Shown one piece after another: positions 1 through 11,155 of a DNA stretch of 64,000 nt. The notes under the pieces are model-generated. The model saw only the letters and a list, made by a program, of their open reading frames with translations. It made no database searches and was not told the origin of the DNA. Source of the DNA: Obrimoposthia wandeli (taxonomy: Eukaryota); the NCBI GenBank assembly GCA_977020255.1, contig CDROCS010002735.1, positions 248,001 through 312,000 of the forward strand, in the 5' to 3' direction. The position numbers and the translations under genes were made by a program. Within the stretch, counting starts at the first letter, position 1, and each line of letters starts with the position of its first letter.

Positions 1-552
1 TTAATTACATTAGGAGTAAAGCATAGAGCGACTTCAAGTGAGTGTCTATTTTGTAAATCAATCATATACCGAAGGTATACTGATGTGAGTGTCTCAACAA
101 GTTTGCTGTAATAATTAAACCATCCCGCTTAACTCTTTAATGTCTATAAGTTGATTATGAAATGGTTATAAACTTTAATCTTATCAACTGCTAGAGCTTC
201 AACGTTTATCATAACAATTTAATAGATAAAACGTGATTATTAACTCTTGAGCTTCTAGACTTGCTTATGAAATGAGCAACCATTTAGATCTTACTATGTA
301 AGATAATTTGAAAAGAAACTCTGACGAGAGTCTAAAACCGTTGATGATATAGAAGACGATACCCATAGAATACTCAATGGAGATATTTGTTATAGCCAAA
401 GATAAATTATTGCTATTTTAAGTAATATTGCAGTAAAACAGCACAGGGGTTTAACAAACTTATTAGCAAGGAAAGCCAGATCAGCGGTAGCTTGCTTCCT
501 TCACAAATAAAACAAATAATAGTTTATTTACCGTCCATACAAGGAGTGCGCC

Positions 553-1287
553 ATGAATATTTCAAAGAAATTAGCAGCCGAATTTTTAGGTACGTTTTGG
601 TTAGTTTTAGGGGGTTGTGGTAGTGCAGTATTAGCCGCAGCCTTTCCAGATGTTGGCATCGGTTTATTGGGAGTGTCATTAGCCTTTGGTTTAACCGTTA
701 TGACAATGGCCTACACTATTGGGCATATTTCTGGGTGCCATTTAAACCCTGCAGTGAGTTTAGGTTTATATTTGGCTGGGCGTTTTAACAAAGAAGATCT
801 ATTCCCCTACATGATAGCACAAGTGATTGGCGGCATTTTTGGCGCCTTTGTTCTATACATGATAGCAAGCGGCCAAGCTGGTTTTAGTACCGCTGATGGT
901 TTCGCTTCAAACGGTTATGGCGAGCACAGCCCTGGCGGCTATAGCTTACTAGCAGCTTTAGTGTGTGAAGTGGTAATGACTTTTATGTTTTTAACCATAA
1001 TCCTAGGCGCAACAGATGCACGTGCGCCCAGTGGTTTTGCACCAATAGCCATCGGCTTAGCCTTAACGCTGATTCATCTAATTAGTATTCCTGTCACTAA
1101 TACTTCAGTGAATCCAGCGCGAAGCACCGCCGTGGCATTGATTACAGGTGATTGGGCGATTATGCAGCTATGGCTGTTTTGGTTAGCACCATTAGCAGGA
1201 GCTGCCCTGGCAGCCATTGTATACAAGTGGATGAGTAGCCAAGGAAAAAGCGTTGAATCAAACATAGAACCGATTAGCGGCGACTAA
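553..1287 (+). CDS. aqpZ: Aquaporin Z (MIP family water channel)
   Basis: Two NPA motifs ([17 protein letters not shown]), six hydrophobic segments, and an N-terminus ([24 protein letters not shown]) typical of AqpZ; AAGGAG RBS upstream. Confidence 0.95.
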   Translation: MNISKKLAAEFLGTFWLVLGGCGSAVLAAAFPDVGIGLLGVSLAFGLTVMTMAYTIGHISGCHLNPAVSLGLYLAGRFNKEDLFPYMIAQVIGGIFGAFVLYMIASGQAGFSTADGFASNGYGEHSPGGYSLLAALVCEVVMTFMFLTIILGATDARAPSGFAPIAIGLALTLIHLISIPVTNTSVNPARSTAVALITGDWAIMQLWLFWLAPLAGAALAAIVYKWMSSQGKSVESNIEPISGD

Positions 1288-1682
1288 TAAAAGGTGTAAG
1301 TCTACCTATCTCTCAACTGCGCTATCATTGAGTTTTATAGTGATAGTGTCGTTGCCAAATCGAGTTTGCTGCTATTTTCTGGCTCATGACTTCTTCATGT
1401 AGTGACGACTTAATATAGTTTCTCATTGTTTAGCTCTTTTACAAAGCCAAAGCATATACTGACCCAATAGCTGCGTACTTTAAGTAATGAGCGCTTTTGG
1501 TAAGAAGTACAATTGTCTTTTGTGGCTCTAAAACTTAAAATAGTTCGCATAACCAACAATAATAGGTGTGTGAATGCTGTTATAGTCATACCAGCCCTTA
1601 TCACAGTTTTTCAATTTATTGATAGATGATTTAAACTGATATTTGTTGATACCTTGTGTACGTTACTTTGCTTATTAAAATT

Positions 1683-1832
1683 ATTAGTGTCCGGTTTAAT
1701 TTTTGTTGTTCTGTAACTCATTGATTTCACGTTCACTACAAGTATTATTTGACTAAAAAAATCCAATTACCTTTGCTAGAAAACCACAAATCAATGGGTT
1801 AGAGAGCTTACACTTTTTAACCGGACAGCAAT
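1683..1832 (+). mobile_element. ~150-bp MITE-like repeat, copy 1
   Basis: 14-bp imperfect terminal inverted repeats ATTAGTGTCCGGTT / AACCGGACAGCAAT. Aligns by eye along its length with 27066-27214 and with the reverse complement of 16110-16258. No ORF. IHF-consensus sites (WATCAANNNNTTR) at 1714-1726 (minus) and 1789-1801 (plus). Confidence 0.85.
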
Positions 1833-1970
1833 GTATTAAAATATCAAAAATCACGAACTCTAGGCTATGCTCCGAATTTTTGATCAGAGGCCGATCACTT
1901 AAATGGGCCAATGCTATACTTAGGATGATCCAGTTTTATATACATATTTCGTTATAGTCGGTAAGTGTAA

Positions 1971-3464
1971 ATGATAAAAGTATTTTCAGATTTTAGTTGC
2001 CCATTTTGTTTTGTTCATTATCACAGAATACAACAAGCCCAATTTAAACAACCATTAGAGTATTGTTTTATAGAGCATGCACCTCAAGTCGTGACTAATG
2101 CAAATACTCAAGCACAACTTGAGTTGCTCGACGAAGAATTTTCTATTATCACAAAGCGTACTGCTGATATTAAAGTCAACAAACCTACTTTTTGCGTCAA
2201 CACCCGTTTAGCTATCCTGAACTATTTCAGCTTACTATTGATCGATGCACAAAAAGCACAACAATTTGCAACTTTAGTGTACAACGGTTACTGGCTAAAT
2301 AACCAAGACATCTCCAAACAATCAATACTATGTGAATACCGCAAACAACTTGGTTTTGAGCATGTAGATGTCAGTAATGGGGCGATTGAGCGTTTTCGAA
2401 AAGAGCAGCACTTTTGGATAAACGGCGATATGGATAAACGAATTCCTGCCATGCGCAGCATTAATAACGGCTTATTATTAGGCTTACACAATATAGCAAC
2501 CATCACCGCTTATATTCAAGGAGATCAACAGCACCCACCAACGCGCGGCGAAGGTTGCACTTATGCTGAGCAACAAACCATTGCTTTAATTGATTTAGTT
2601 GAATTAAATAGTATTTTCACTAGTTTAAGCAGCGATTACCAAGTTAGAAATTATAGGAGTGTGCAAGATATATTTGCAGATGATCTGCGCCATGACCTCA
2701 GTGCTATTTTAATTAAAATTAATGTGAACTCACAAACCAATTGGCGACAATTATCACTTTTAAAGCAAAGTCCGTTGTTTAATCAATATTTACCAGTGAT
2801 GGCGATAGTCGAGAAAAATAGTAACTTATTGACCAAACAAGGTTTTTTACTAGGCGCTATTGATGTATTCGCTTTAGAGACCATTGATGAAAGTATTTTA
2901 CCCTGTATCAACAGCCGTATATCAAATTATAGAACCCTAAATACCCTCACTAATTACGCGCTGGTTGATGGCCTAACCGGTGTTTTAAATAAACGCGCAA
3001 TGATGGATGTACTACAAAGGAATTGGCGCAAATCTTGTCGTAATAAAACCCAAATTTCAGTCATCATATTAGATGTTGATGATTTCAAACCCTATAACGA
3101 CATATACGGCCACTTAGAAGGTGACAACTGTCTTAAACAGCTTGCCGCAGCTTTTATCAGCCAATTAAATAGGCCTGATGATATTGTCAGCCGATTTGGT
3201 GGTGAAGAGTTTTGTTTAGTATTGCCAGAAACAGATCGCCAAGGCGCTAAAATTGTCATCAATCACATACAAGAAGCACTTAAAATTAGTAACATAGAGC
3301 ACAAAGGATCAACAGTTACTAATAGCAACCATGTAACCGTTAGTTTTGGAGTGGTAAGCGCTTTCGCCAATGCAGATGGCAATGTTATACAAATGCTAGA
3401 ACTAGCAGATAAGGCACTCTACCAAGCCAAACGGGACGGAAAGAATACTGCTTGTTTTGCTTAA
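1971..3464 (+). CDS. Diguanylate cyclase with N-terminal DsbA/FrnE-like thioredoxin-fold domain and degenerate receiver-like domain
   Basis: N-terminal VFSDFSCPFC (CxxC, as in the DsbA/FrnE family). C-terminal GGDEF domain with DGLTG, DVDDFKPYND, RxxD I-site (RPDD) and SRFGGEEF. The middle segment has receiver-like spacing but no obvious phospho-acceptor Asp. Confidence 0.8.
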   Translation: MIKVFSDFSCPFCFVHYHRIQQAQFKQPLEYCFIEHAPQVVTNANTQAQLELLDEEFSIITKRTADIKVNKPTFCVNTRLAILNYFSLLLIDAQKAQQFATLVYNGYWLNNQDISKQSILCEYRKQLGFEHVDVSNGAIERFRKEQHFWINGDMDKRIPAMRSINNGLLLGLHNIATITAYIQGDQQHPPTRGEGCTYAEQQTIALIDLVELNSIFTSLSSDYQVRNYRSVQDIFADDLRHDLSAILIKINVNSQTNWRQLSLLKQSPLFNQYLPVMAIVEKNSNLLTKQGFLLGAIDVFALETIDESILPCINSRISNYRTLNTLTNYALVDGLTGVLNKRAMMDVLQRNWRKSCRNKTQISVIILDVDDFKPYNDIYGHLEGDNCLKQLAAAFISQLNRPDDIVSRFGGEEFCLVLPETDRQGAKIVINHIQEALKISNIEHKGSTVTNSNHVTVSFGVVSAFANADGNVIQMLELADKALYQAKRDGKNTACFA

Positions 3465-3645
3465 TATTCAACGCTGAATATTCCCTTTAGGCATATTCAG
3501 TTATCCCCCTCTTAATTCTCCCCTAGATTAACTCTTAATCCATAACCTCTCTCATCTATTTTTCAAAATATTTCACGGCTACCAATTTACCAAACTTAAT
3601 TTAGTTGTTTGTTTGGCTATTAGTTTAGTTAATACTGACAACAGC

Positions 3646-3661
3646 TTTACGTTAACGTCAA
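3646..3661. promoter_or_regulatory. LiuR operator (box 1)
   Basis: TTTACGTTAACGTCAA, one mismatch from the perfect palindrome; matches the known LiuR motif TTTACGT-N2-ACGTAAA; directly upstream of liuR. Confidence 0.8.
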
Positions 3662-3678
3662 CTAAATTTCAATTTACC

Positions 3679-3694
3679 TTTACGTTAACGTAAA
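3679..3694. promoter_or_regulatory. LiuR operator (box 2)
   Basis: Perfect 16-bp palindrome TTTACGTTAACGTAAA upstream of the MerR-family gene that heads the liu cluster. Confidence 0.88.
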
Positions 3695-3737
3695 CATGGC
3701 ATATATTAGATACTCGTTACATAAAGATGCATTTAAT

Positions 3738-4124
3738 ATGACTGAACAAACAAGTTACAGCATTAGCCAATTAGCCGCTGAGTTCGATTTAACCACTCGC
3801 AGCATTCGTTTTTACGAAGATCATGAATTACTCAAACCGACTAGACGCGGCCAAACACGTATTTACTCACGCCAAGATAGAGTGCAGCTTAAGCTTATTT
3901 TGCGCGGCAAACGTTTAGGTTTTTCACTCCTTGAAATTAAAGAGCTATTTGATTTATGGGACACCACTAAAGGTGGCACCCAAAAACAACTCTTACTGCT
4001 ACAAGCCAAAATTTCAGAGCGTCGTGTAGTGCTTGAACAACAGCAACAAGATATCAATATGCTGCAGCTCGAGCTCGATAATGCACAAAAGCGGTGTAAT
4101 GATGCTTTAAAAGAATTTGATTAA
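3738..4124 (+). CDS. liuR: MerR-family regulator of branched-chain amino acid catabolism, LiuR
   Basis: MerR HTH (YSISQLAAEFDLTTRSIRFYED...LKLILRGKRLGFSLLEIKEL) directly before liuA. The ORF track starts at 3696, immediately after operator box 2; the ATG at 3738 (MTEQTSYS) fits homolog length better. Confidence 0.9.
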   Translation: MTEQTSYSISQLAAEFDLTTRSIRFYEDHELLKPTRRGQTRIYSRQDRVQLKLILRGKRLGFSLLEIKELFDLWDTTKGGTQKQLLLLQAKISERRVVLEQQQQDINMLQLELDNAQKRCNDALKEFD

Positions 4125-4222
4125 TATGCACCAACTGAATAAGTAAGATAGTAAAAAAGCGGCTCTGTCTAAACTAAACAGCCCTGCTCGGATAAACTCA
4201 CTCAATACACGGAGATACACTG

Positions 4223-5389
4223 ATGATTGCCCAATATAGCCAAATGAATTTCGGATTAGGTGAAACAATTGAGATGTTGCGCGAGCAAGTTAATAGCTTT
4301 GCAGCCAAAGAAATTGCTCCAAGAGCGGCGCAGATAGATGTCGATAATGAGTTTCCTAAAGATTTATGGAAAAAATTCGGCGATATGGGGCTATTAGGTA
4401 TCACCGCAGATGAAGAGCATGGTGGTGTTGGCATGGGCTATTTAGCGCATGTTGTCGCGATGGAAGAAATCAGCCGCGCTAGTGCATCTGTGGGTCTTTC
4501 ATACGGCGCGCACTCCAACCTTTGTGTTAATCAAATCAATCGTAACGGCACTGCAGCACAAAAAGCGCAGTACTTGCCTAAGCTAATCAGTGGCGATCAT
4601 GTTGGCGCGTTAGCGATGAGTGAACCAAACTCAGGCTCAGATGTTGTATCGATGAAACTAAATGCTCGCGATAACGGTGACCACTATTTGTTAAACGGCA
4701 ATAAAATGTGGATCACTAACGGTCCAGATGCTGATACTTATGTTATCTATGCTAAAACTGATGTAACAGCCGGCCCTAAAGGCATTACCGCTTTCATCGT
4801 AGAGCGTGATTTCCCAGGATTTAGTCGCCAGCAAAAGCTCGATAAATTAGGTATGCGCGGCTCTAATACTTGCGAGTTAGTATTCCAAGATTGCCCTGTA
4901 CCTAAAGAGAATATATTAGGCGAACTAAATCGCGGTGTTGCGGTGTTGATGAGCGGATTAGATTACGAGCGTTTAGTCTTATCAGGTGGGCCTTTAGGCA
5001 TCATGCAAGCGGCAATGGATATTTCTGTTCCCTACATTCGTGATCGCCAGCAATTTGGCAAAGCGATTGGTGAATTCCAATTAGTGCAAGGCAAAATTGC
5101 CGATATGTACACGCTTATGAACGCCTCAAAATCTTATACCTATTTATGTGCGCAAGCCGCTGAACGCGGTGAAATCAGCCGTAAAGATGCCGCTGGCTGT
5201 ATTTTATATACCGCTGAAATGGCCACTAAGATCTCCTTAGATGCAATTCAACTGTTAGGTGGTAATGGTTATACCAATGAATTCCCTACTGGCAGATTAC
5301 TGCGTGATGCAAAACTGTATGAGATTGGCGCAGGCACCTCTGAAATTAGACGCATGCTAATTGGCCGCGAACTTTTCTTAAATACATAA
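4223..5389 (+). CDS. liuA: Isovaleryl-CoA dehydrogenase
   Basis: Acyl-CoA dehydrogenase motifs ([44 protein letters not shown]); first gene of the liu cluster. Confidence 0.95.
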   Translation: MIAQYSQMNFGLGETIEMLREQVNSFAAKEIAPRAAQIDVDNEFPKDLWKKFGDMGLLGITADEEHGGVGMGYLAHVVAMEEISRASASVGLSYGAHSNLCVNQINRNGTAAQKAQYLPKLISGDHVGALAMSEPNSGSDVVSMKLNARDNGDHYLLNGNKMWITNGPDADTYVIYAKTDVTAGPKGITAFIVERDFPGFSRQQKLDKLGMRGSNTCELVFQDCPVPKENILGELNRGVAVLMSGLDYERLVLSGGPLGIMQAAMDISVPYIRDRQQFGKAIGEFQLVQGKIADMYTLMNASKSYTYLCAQAAERGEISRKDAAGCILYTAEMATKISLDAIQLLGGNGYTNEFPTGRLLRDAKLYEIGAGTSEIRRMLIGRELFLNT

Positions 5390-5446
5390 AGCTAATTAAA
5401 TATTTAAACTACCTATTAAATGTAATTTATTATCGGAAACATCCAG

Positions 5447-7051
5447 ATGCCAACATTACAGACAAACATAAATACTAAGTCAGCTGATTACTTACAGCGC
5501 TTTCAAAACATGCAAGCTGCAGTGAATGACTTACACGATAAAGTTGCCACGGTGAATAATGGCGGTGGCGAAAGTTATCGAGCCCGTCATATTGCTAAAG
5601 GTAAATTATTACCAAGAGCGCGCGTAGATGCACTACTAGATCCCGGTTCTGCATTTTTAGAGCTTTCACAATTAGCGGCTTTTGAGGTTTATAAAGATAA
5701 CATCCCCTGTGCCGGCATCATCACTGGTATTGGTCAAGTCAACGGCGTTAAGTGCATGATTATCGCCAACGATGCAACGGTTAAAGGCGGAACATATTTT
5801 CCTTTAACCGTTAAGAAGCATCTACGCGCCCAAGATATTGCCGAACAAAACCACTTGCCTTGTATCTATTTAGTCGATTCAGGCGGTGCTAACCTGCCCC
5901 AACAAGATCAGGTATTCCCTGATCGCGATCATTTCGGACGCATTTTTTACAACCAAGCGCGTATGTCAGCTAAAGGGATTGCGCAGATTGCTGTGGTAAT
6001 GGGCCTTTGTACCGCAGGTGGTGCTTATGTTCCTGCTATGGCTGATGAATCCATCATCGTTAAAGAGCAAGGCACTATCTTTTTAGCGGGTCCTCCACTG
6101 GTAAAAGCAGCCACCGGTGAAATCGTTAGCGCTGAAGATTTAGGCGGTGCTGATGTGCATTGTAAGATTTCTGGTGTGGCTGATTATATGGCGCAAAACG
6201 ATCACCATGCACTGCAAATTGCTCGTGACTGTATCGCCAGTGCAAATGCCAACAAGCACAATCCTCAAACTCAGCCAACACGTGAGCCTTTATACGATGC
6301 AAACGAGCTTTACGGTATTGTCGGTACCGATTTGCGCAAGCCATTTGATGTGCGTGAAGTTATAGCCCGCATTGTTGATGGCTCTGATTTTGATGAATTT
6401 AAAAAGCATTATGGCACCACTTTGGTCACTGGCTTCGCGCACATTCATGGCAACCCTATCGGTATCGTTGCCAATAACGGTGTGCTGTTTAGTGAATCGT
6501 CATTAAAAGGCGCGCACTTCATTCAGCTGTGCTGTCAGCGCAAAATTCCATTATTGTTTTTACAGAACATTACCGGCTTTATGGTTGGTCAAAAGTATGA
6601 ATCGGAAGGAATTGCCAAGCATGGTGCTAAACTAGTTAATGCTGTTGCGTGCGCGCAAGTCCCTAAGCTAACGATCTTAATCGGCGGCTCTTTCGGCGCG
6701 GGCAACTACGGAATGTGTGGTCGTGCTTACAACCCTAACTTCTTGTGGATGTGGCCAAATGCCCGTATCTCTGTGATGGGTGGCGAACAGGCCGCAGGAG
6801 TGATGGCCACCGTTACCCGCGACGGTAAAGAGCGCAGAGGCGAAAGCTGGTCAGCTGATGAAGAGAACGCCTTCAAGCAACCCATTATTGAAACTTACGA
6901 ACACCAGGGGCACCCTTACTATGCCTCGGCTAGATTGTGGGATGACGGCGTTATCGATCCGCTACAAACTCGAGAAGTGATTGCTTTAGGTTTAGCCGCT
7001 GCTTTAAATAAGCCCATAGAAGAGACACAGTTCGGCATCTTTAGAATGTAA
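5447..7051 (+). CDS. liuB: 3-methylcrotonyl-CoA carboxylase beta (carboxyltransferase) subunit
   Basis: Carboxyl transferase motifs ([45 protein letters not shown]); liu context. Confidence 0.95.
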   Translation: MPTLQTNINTKSADYLQRFQNMQAAVNDLHDKVATVNNGGGESYRARHIAKGKLLPRARVDALLDPGSAFLELSQLAAFEVYKDNIPCAGIITGIGQVNGVKCMIIANDATVKGGTYFPLTVKKHLRAQDIAEQNHLPCIYLVDSGGANLPQQDQVFPDRDHFGRIFYNQARMSAKGIAQIAVVMGLCTAGGAYVPAMADESIIVKEQGTIFLAGPPLVKAATGEIVSAEDLGGADVHCKISGVADYMAQNDHHALQIARDCIASANANKHNPQTQPTREPLYDANELYGIVGTDLRKPFDVREVIARIVDGSDFDEFKKHYGTTLVTGFAHIHGNPIGIVANNGVLFSESSLKGAHFIQLCCQRKIPLLFLQNITGFMVGQKYESEGIAKHGAKLVNAVACAQVPKLTILIGGSFGAGNYGMCGRAYNPNFLWMWPNARISVMGGEQAAGVMATVTRDGKERRGESWSADEENAFKQPIIETYEHQGHPYYASARLWDDGVIDPLQTREVIALGLAAALNKPIEETQFGIFRM

Positions 7052-7092
7052 TTTCTTAGATCTATTACTGAATCGAAAGTAGGTTAAATATT

Positions 7093-7887
7093 ATGAGCCA
7101 AGAAAAAGTCATTTTAGAGATTAACAATGTGGGGTTAGCCACGCTAACATTAAATCGCGCTGAATTAAGAAACGCGTTTGATGATGAGATGATTCAATCT
7201 CTTATCAGTTACTTAGCGCAAATAAAAAGCAATCCTGCGGTAAAAGTATTGCTGTTAAAGGCTGAAGGTAAACACTTCTCAGCTGGTGCGGATTTGAATT
7301 GGATGGCCCGCATGGCACAAAACAGCAGCGAGCAAAACTTTGCTGATGCTCAGCAATTAGCCAAGCTAATGTCTGATCTTAACCACTTACCTATCCCAAG
7401 TGTTGCGATTATTCAAGGCGCAGCTTACGGCGGTGCTGTCGGCTTAGCAGCCTGCTGCGATATGGTTTTCGCGACAGCGACTACTAATTTTTGTCTCAGC
7501 GAAGTAAAGCTTGGCTTGATTCCCGCAGCGATTAGCCCGTATGTGATTAGAGCTATAGGTGAGCGCCAAGCGCGTCGCTACTTTATCAGTGCTGAAATCA
7601 TCCCAGCGCATAAAGCACAAGTTTTGGGCTTAGTGCATGAAGTAGCTGAAGATGTCGAGCAAATGCAGCACTTAAGCCAGCTATGGTTAGACAGCATTCT
7701 TAAAAACGGCCCTAAAGCGATGCAAGCTGCAAAAAAACTTGCACTTGAGGTGAGCTTACAACCAATGGATAAGTGCTTGAGCGATAATACTGCCAAGCGC
7801 ATTGCCGATATAAGAGCCACTGACGAAGCAATAGAAGGGCTTAGTGCCTTTTTAGAAAAGCGTCAAGCACAGTGGCCGCAGACGTAA
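7093..7887 (+). CDS. liuC: Methylglutaconyl-CoA hydratase (enoyl-CoA hydratase family)
   Basis: Crotonase motifs (HFSAGADLNWM, GAAYGGAVGL, LSEVKLGLIPA); lies between liuB and liuD. Confidence 0.9.
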   Translation: MSQEKVILEINNVGLATLTLNRAELRNAFDDEMIQSLISYLAQIKSNPAVKVLLLKAEGKHFSAGADLNWMARMAQNSSEQNFADAQQLAKLMSDLNHLPIPSVAIIQGAAYGGAVGLAACCDMVFATATTNFCLSEVKLGLIPAAISPYVIRAIGERQARRYFISAEIIPAHKAQVLGLVHEVAEDVEQMQHLSQLWLDSILKNGPKAMQAAKKLALEVSLQPMDKCLSDNTAKRIADIRATDEAIEGLSAFLEKRQAQWPQT

Positions 7888-7997
7888 TTGTGAGTCGCCA
7901 CTTTTTTCAATTCTAAGCGTACTACTAGCGTTTAAAATTGCCAAAGTAATTTAAAGTTGTTCTTTTAAAGAGCAGCTCGCCATATTAGGTAGCCAAT

Positions 7998-10043
7998 ATG
8001 TTTAGTCGAATTTTAATAGCAAACCGCGGAGAAATCGCTTGCCGTATCATCCAAACAGCTCAGCAGTTAGGCATTCACTGTATCGCCGTCTACTCAGAGG
8101 CCGATGCTAATTCACAGCACGTAAAACTGGCTGATGAAGCACACTTGTTAGGCCCTGCACAAAGCAGTGAAAGCTATCTTAAAGTAGACACTATTTTACA
8201 GATCGCTCACAAAACCGGCGCCCAAGCGATTCACCCAGGCTATGGTTTTCTATCGGAAAATGCAGAATTTGCCACCGCTTGCCAAGCGCATGATATTGCT
8301 TTTATCGGTCCTCCTGCTGCTGCCATCTCAGCAATGGGCTCTAAATCTGCAGCTAAAGAGATTATGTCTAAGGCAGATGTGCCGTTAGTGCCGGGTTATC
8401 ACGGTGATGACCAAGATCCTCTACTACTCAAAGCAGAAGCAGTAAAATGTGGCTTTCCACTACTACTTAAAGCCGTTGCTGGTGGTGGCGGTAAAGGAAT
8501 GCGTGTTGTTGAATCGATAGATCAGTTCGATCAAGCATTACTAGCGGCGCAGCGAGAAGCGAAAAACGCCTTTGGAAACAGCGTTATGTTGTTAGAACGC
8601 TATATGACTAAAACCCGTCATATTGAAGTGCAAGTATTTTGCGATAGTTTAGGTAATGGCATTTACCTTTCGCAACGTGATTGCTCTATTCAGCGCAGAC
8701 ATCAAAAAATAGTTGAAGAAGCGCCCGCGCCTGGCATCAGTGAAGATGTGGTTAAAGCGATGGGCGAGGCTGCATTAAATGCTGCCAAAGCGATTAATTA
8801 TGTGGGTGCAGGCACGGTTGAATTTTTATTCAATGAAGACGATAGCTTCTACTTCATGGAAATGAATACCCGTTTACAAGTTGAGCATCCTGTCACTGAA
8901 ATGGTGACTGGCGTCGACCTTGTAAAATGGCAACTAAGCATCGCTTATGGCGAAGCATTACCTCTCACTCAATCACAAGTAACGGTTAGCGGCCACGCTA
9001 TTGAATGTCGTATTTATGCCGAAGATCCAAGCAACAGCTTTTTACCCGCCACGGGTACTTTAGATTATTTAAAAGTTCCAGCGCAAAGTGCTACAGTTCG
9101 TATTGATACGGGTGTTATCGAAGCTGATGAAGTGAGTGTTTATTACGACCCGATGATTTCCAAACTGATTGTATGGGGTGAAGATCGCGCGCAAGCCGTA
9201 AATAAAATGCGCAAGGCTTTACTTGATTATCGTATTGTTGGGGTGAAGAACAACATCCCATTTTTACATAAAGTCATTACCTCAGCGGCATTTAGTAATT
9301 TACCTATTGATACACAGTTCATTGAAAAGAATGAGCAAGTGCTGTTTAGTGAAGACTATGATCGCAATAAAATGTTAGCGATTGCCAGCTGCGCGCAAAT
9401 CATATCTGAAGCATCTGTACCAGTCCTTTCATCTTCTGTATCACCGTTTGCAAGTGCTAGCCAATGGCGCATGAATCAAATATCTAGCCGTGACATACAC
9501 TGGCTAAATACCAAGCAAGATGACAGTGCCATCGAGCAATACGATACTGTCAGTGTAAAAGAAACACAGGCTGCATTACCCAGCAGCGCAGGGTTTAGCA
9601 GCAAAGCACGTGATTTTAAAGTGAGTATTGCTGAGCAGCAATTTAGCATCCAAGTAACGCTTCAAGGGGATGAGCTTATTGCCTGCGTTAATGGGGTGCA
9701 AATTAAACTGCATGTGTTCATTAAAAATCGACAGTTAAACTTATTCTATGCAGGCTTTGCACTAGAGTTACATCAAGTTGACTTTTCTGGCGATGCAGAA
9801 GGAGAGCATCATCAAGGCGCACTCACTGCGCCAATGAATGGTCGTGTGATTGCTGTGTTGGTTAAAGATGGTGATGCTGTCAGTAAAGGTGATCCATTAA
9901 TCATCATAGAAGCAATGAAAATGGAGCATTCTATTACTGCACTTGAAGATGGCGTGGTTGCAGATGTGTTTTACGCAGAGGCTGAGCTTGTTGCAGAAGG
10001 CGATATATTGATTGCTATGCAAAGCGATGACGACGAGAGCTAA
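7998..10043 (+). CDS. liuD: 3-methylcrotonyl-CoA carboxylase alpha (biotin carboxylase/biotinyl) subunit
   Basis: ILIANRGEIACR, HPGYGFLSEN, EMNTRLQVEHPVTE and biotinylation motif EAMKMEH. Confidence 0.95.
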   Translation: MFSRILIANRGEIACRIIQTAQQLGIHCIAVYSEADANSQHVKLADEAHLLGPAQSSESYLKVDTILQIAHKTGAQAIHPGYGFLSENAEFATACQAHDIAFIGPPAAAISAMGSKSAAKEIMSKADVPLVPGYHGDDQDPLLLKAEAVKCGFPLLLKAVAGGGGKGMRVVESIDQFDQALLAAQREAKNAFGNSVMLLERYMTKTRHIEVQVFCDSLGNGIYLSQRDCSIQRRHQKIVEEAPAPGISEDVVKAMGEAALNAAKAINYVGAGTVEFLFNEDDSFYFMEMNTRLQVEHPVTEMVTGVDLVKWQLSIAYGEALPLTQSQVTVSGHAIECRIYAEDPSNSFLPATGTLDYLKVPAQSATVRIDTGVIEADEVSVYYDPMISKLIVWGEDRAQAVNKMRKALLDYRIVGVKNNIPFLHKVITSAAFSNLPIDTQFIEKNEQVLFSEDYDRNKMLAIASCAQIISEASVPVLSSSVSPFASASQWRMNQISSRDIHWLNTKQDDSAIEQYDTVSVKETQAALPSSAGFSSKARDFKVSIAEQQFSIQVTLQGDELIACVNGVQIKLHVFIKNRQLNLFYAGFALELHQVDFSGDAEGEHHQGALTAPMNGRVIAVLVKDGDAVSKGDPLIIIEAMKMEHSITALEDGVVADVFYAEAELVAEGDILIAMQSDDDES

Positions 10044-10146
10044 AGATCTCTGATTTAATGTTCAAACATAACACTTTAATGCGCTATGTTTGGATACTGC
10101 AAACTATATAGTCGTACCATTTAAACGTAATAATTTAAGGTTTAGT

Positions 10147-11046
10147 ATGTCTAATCGAAGAGTTAAAATTGTAGAAGTGGGCCCAAGAGATGGCCTACAG
10201 AACGAAGCTAAATTAATTGACACTAGCACCAAAGTTGAATTGATTAGCCGGCTGGCTGATGCTGGCCTTAACTATATTGAATCCGCTAGCTTTGTCTCCC
10301 CAAAATGGGTGCCACAAATGGGTGATGCTAGCCAAGTGATGACCAGTATTGATCCAAAGCCCGGAGTCGTTTACAGTGCTTTAGTACCAAATTTACAAGG
10401 CTTTAAAGCGGCCTTAGATGTTGGCGTCAAAGAGATTGCTATATTCTCAGCCGCTTCTGAAGCGTTTTGTCAAAAAAATACTAATTGCTCTATTGCTGAA
10501 AGTTTACACCGCTTTGAAAGTATCATGGAATTAGCCAAATCTGAAAATGTGAAAGTACGTGGCTATATATCGACTGTGCTTGGCTGCCCTTACCAAGGTG
10601 ATGTCGATGTTGCGCAAGTTGCCAGCATTAGTAAACATTTATATCAGATGGGCTGCTATGAAATTTCCTTAGGTGATACCATTGGAGTCGGCACTGCATA
10701 TAATGTAAAGGCGATGTTAGAAGCGGTTGCAAAACAAGTGCCTATGGCTGATTTAGCAGTGCATTTTCATGATACCTACGGCCAGGCACTGACCAATATT
10801 TATGCAGCGCTGGAGCTTGGTATCAACACTTTAGATAGCTCAGTTGCTGGCTTAGGTGGTTGCCCTTATGCAAAAGGCGCCAGCGGTAACGTAGCAACAG
10901 AAGATGTTGTCTATCTACTTAATGGCTTAGGTATAGAAACGGGTATTGATTTACAAAAAGTAGCGTCTACCGGCCAATGGATTAGTGAGCATTTGAATAA
11001 AGCCAACAATTCTAAAGTTAGCCAAGCGCTGAACGTTAGCTGTTAG
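10147..11046 (+). CDS. liuE: Hydroxymethylglutaryl-CoA lyase
   Basis: [43 protein letters not shown]. The ATG at 10147 (with TAAGG upstream) is preferred over the track start at 10090. Confidence 0.93.
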   Translation: MSNRRVKIVEVGPRDGLQNEAKLIDTSTKVELISRLADAGLNYIESASFVSPKWVPQMGDASQVMTSIDPKPGVVYSALVPNLQGFKAALDVGVKEIAIFSAASEAFCQKNTNCSIAESLHRFESIMELAKSENVKVRGYISTVLGCPYQGDVDVAQVASISKHLYQMGCYEISLGDTIGVGTAYNVKAMLEAVAKQVPMADLAVHFHDTYGQALTNIYAALELGINTLDSSVAGLGGCPYAKGASGNVATEDVVYLLNGLGIETGIDLQKVASTGQWISEHLNKANNSKVSQALNVSC

Positions 11047-11155
11047 CTTTTAGCTTTCTAAAGCTGGGTTCTAAAGCTGGACAGTATCCTCCTTTACAGA
11101 ACTCGGCTTTAAACAAAGTCATGAAAGCATCACAAACAGCAAGTTAAGGCTACTG

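Noticed and set aside
1410-1604. 64-aa minus-strand ORF between aqpZ and the MITE
   Set aside because: No recognisable motif or RBS in AT-rich intergenic DNA; cannot be supported.
3696-3737. N-terminal extension of LiuR in the ORF track
   Set aside because: This ATG abuts the operator palindrome with no RBS, and the MerR HTH begins right after the Met at 3738.
11035-11080. Short repeats (TTAGC three times, TTCTAAAGCTGG twice) after liuE
   Set aside because: Too short and irregular for a CRISPR array or a defined REP; no spacers and no cas genes.
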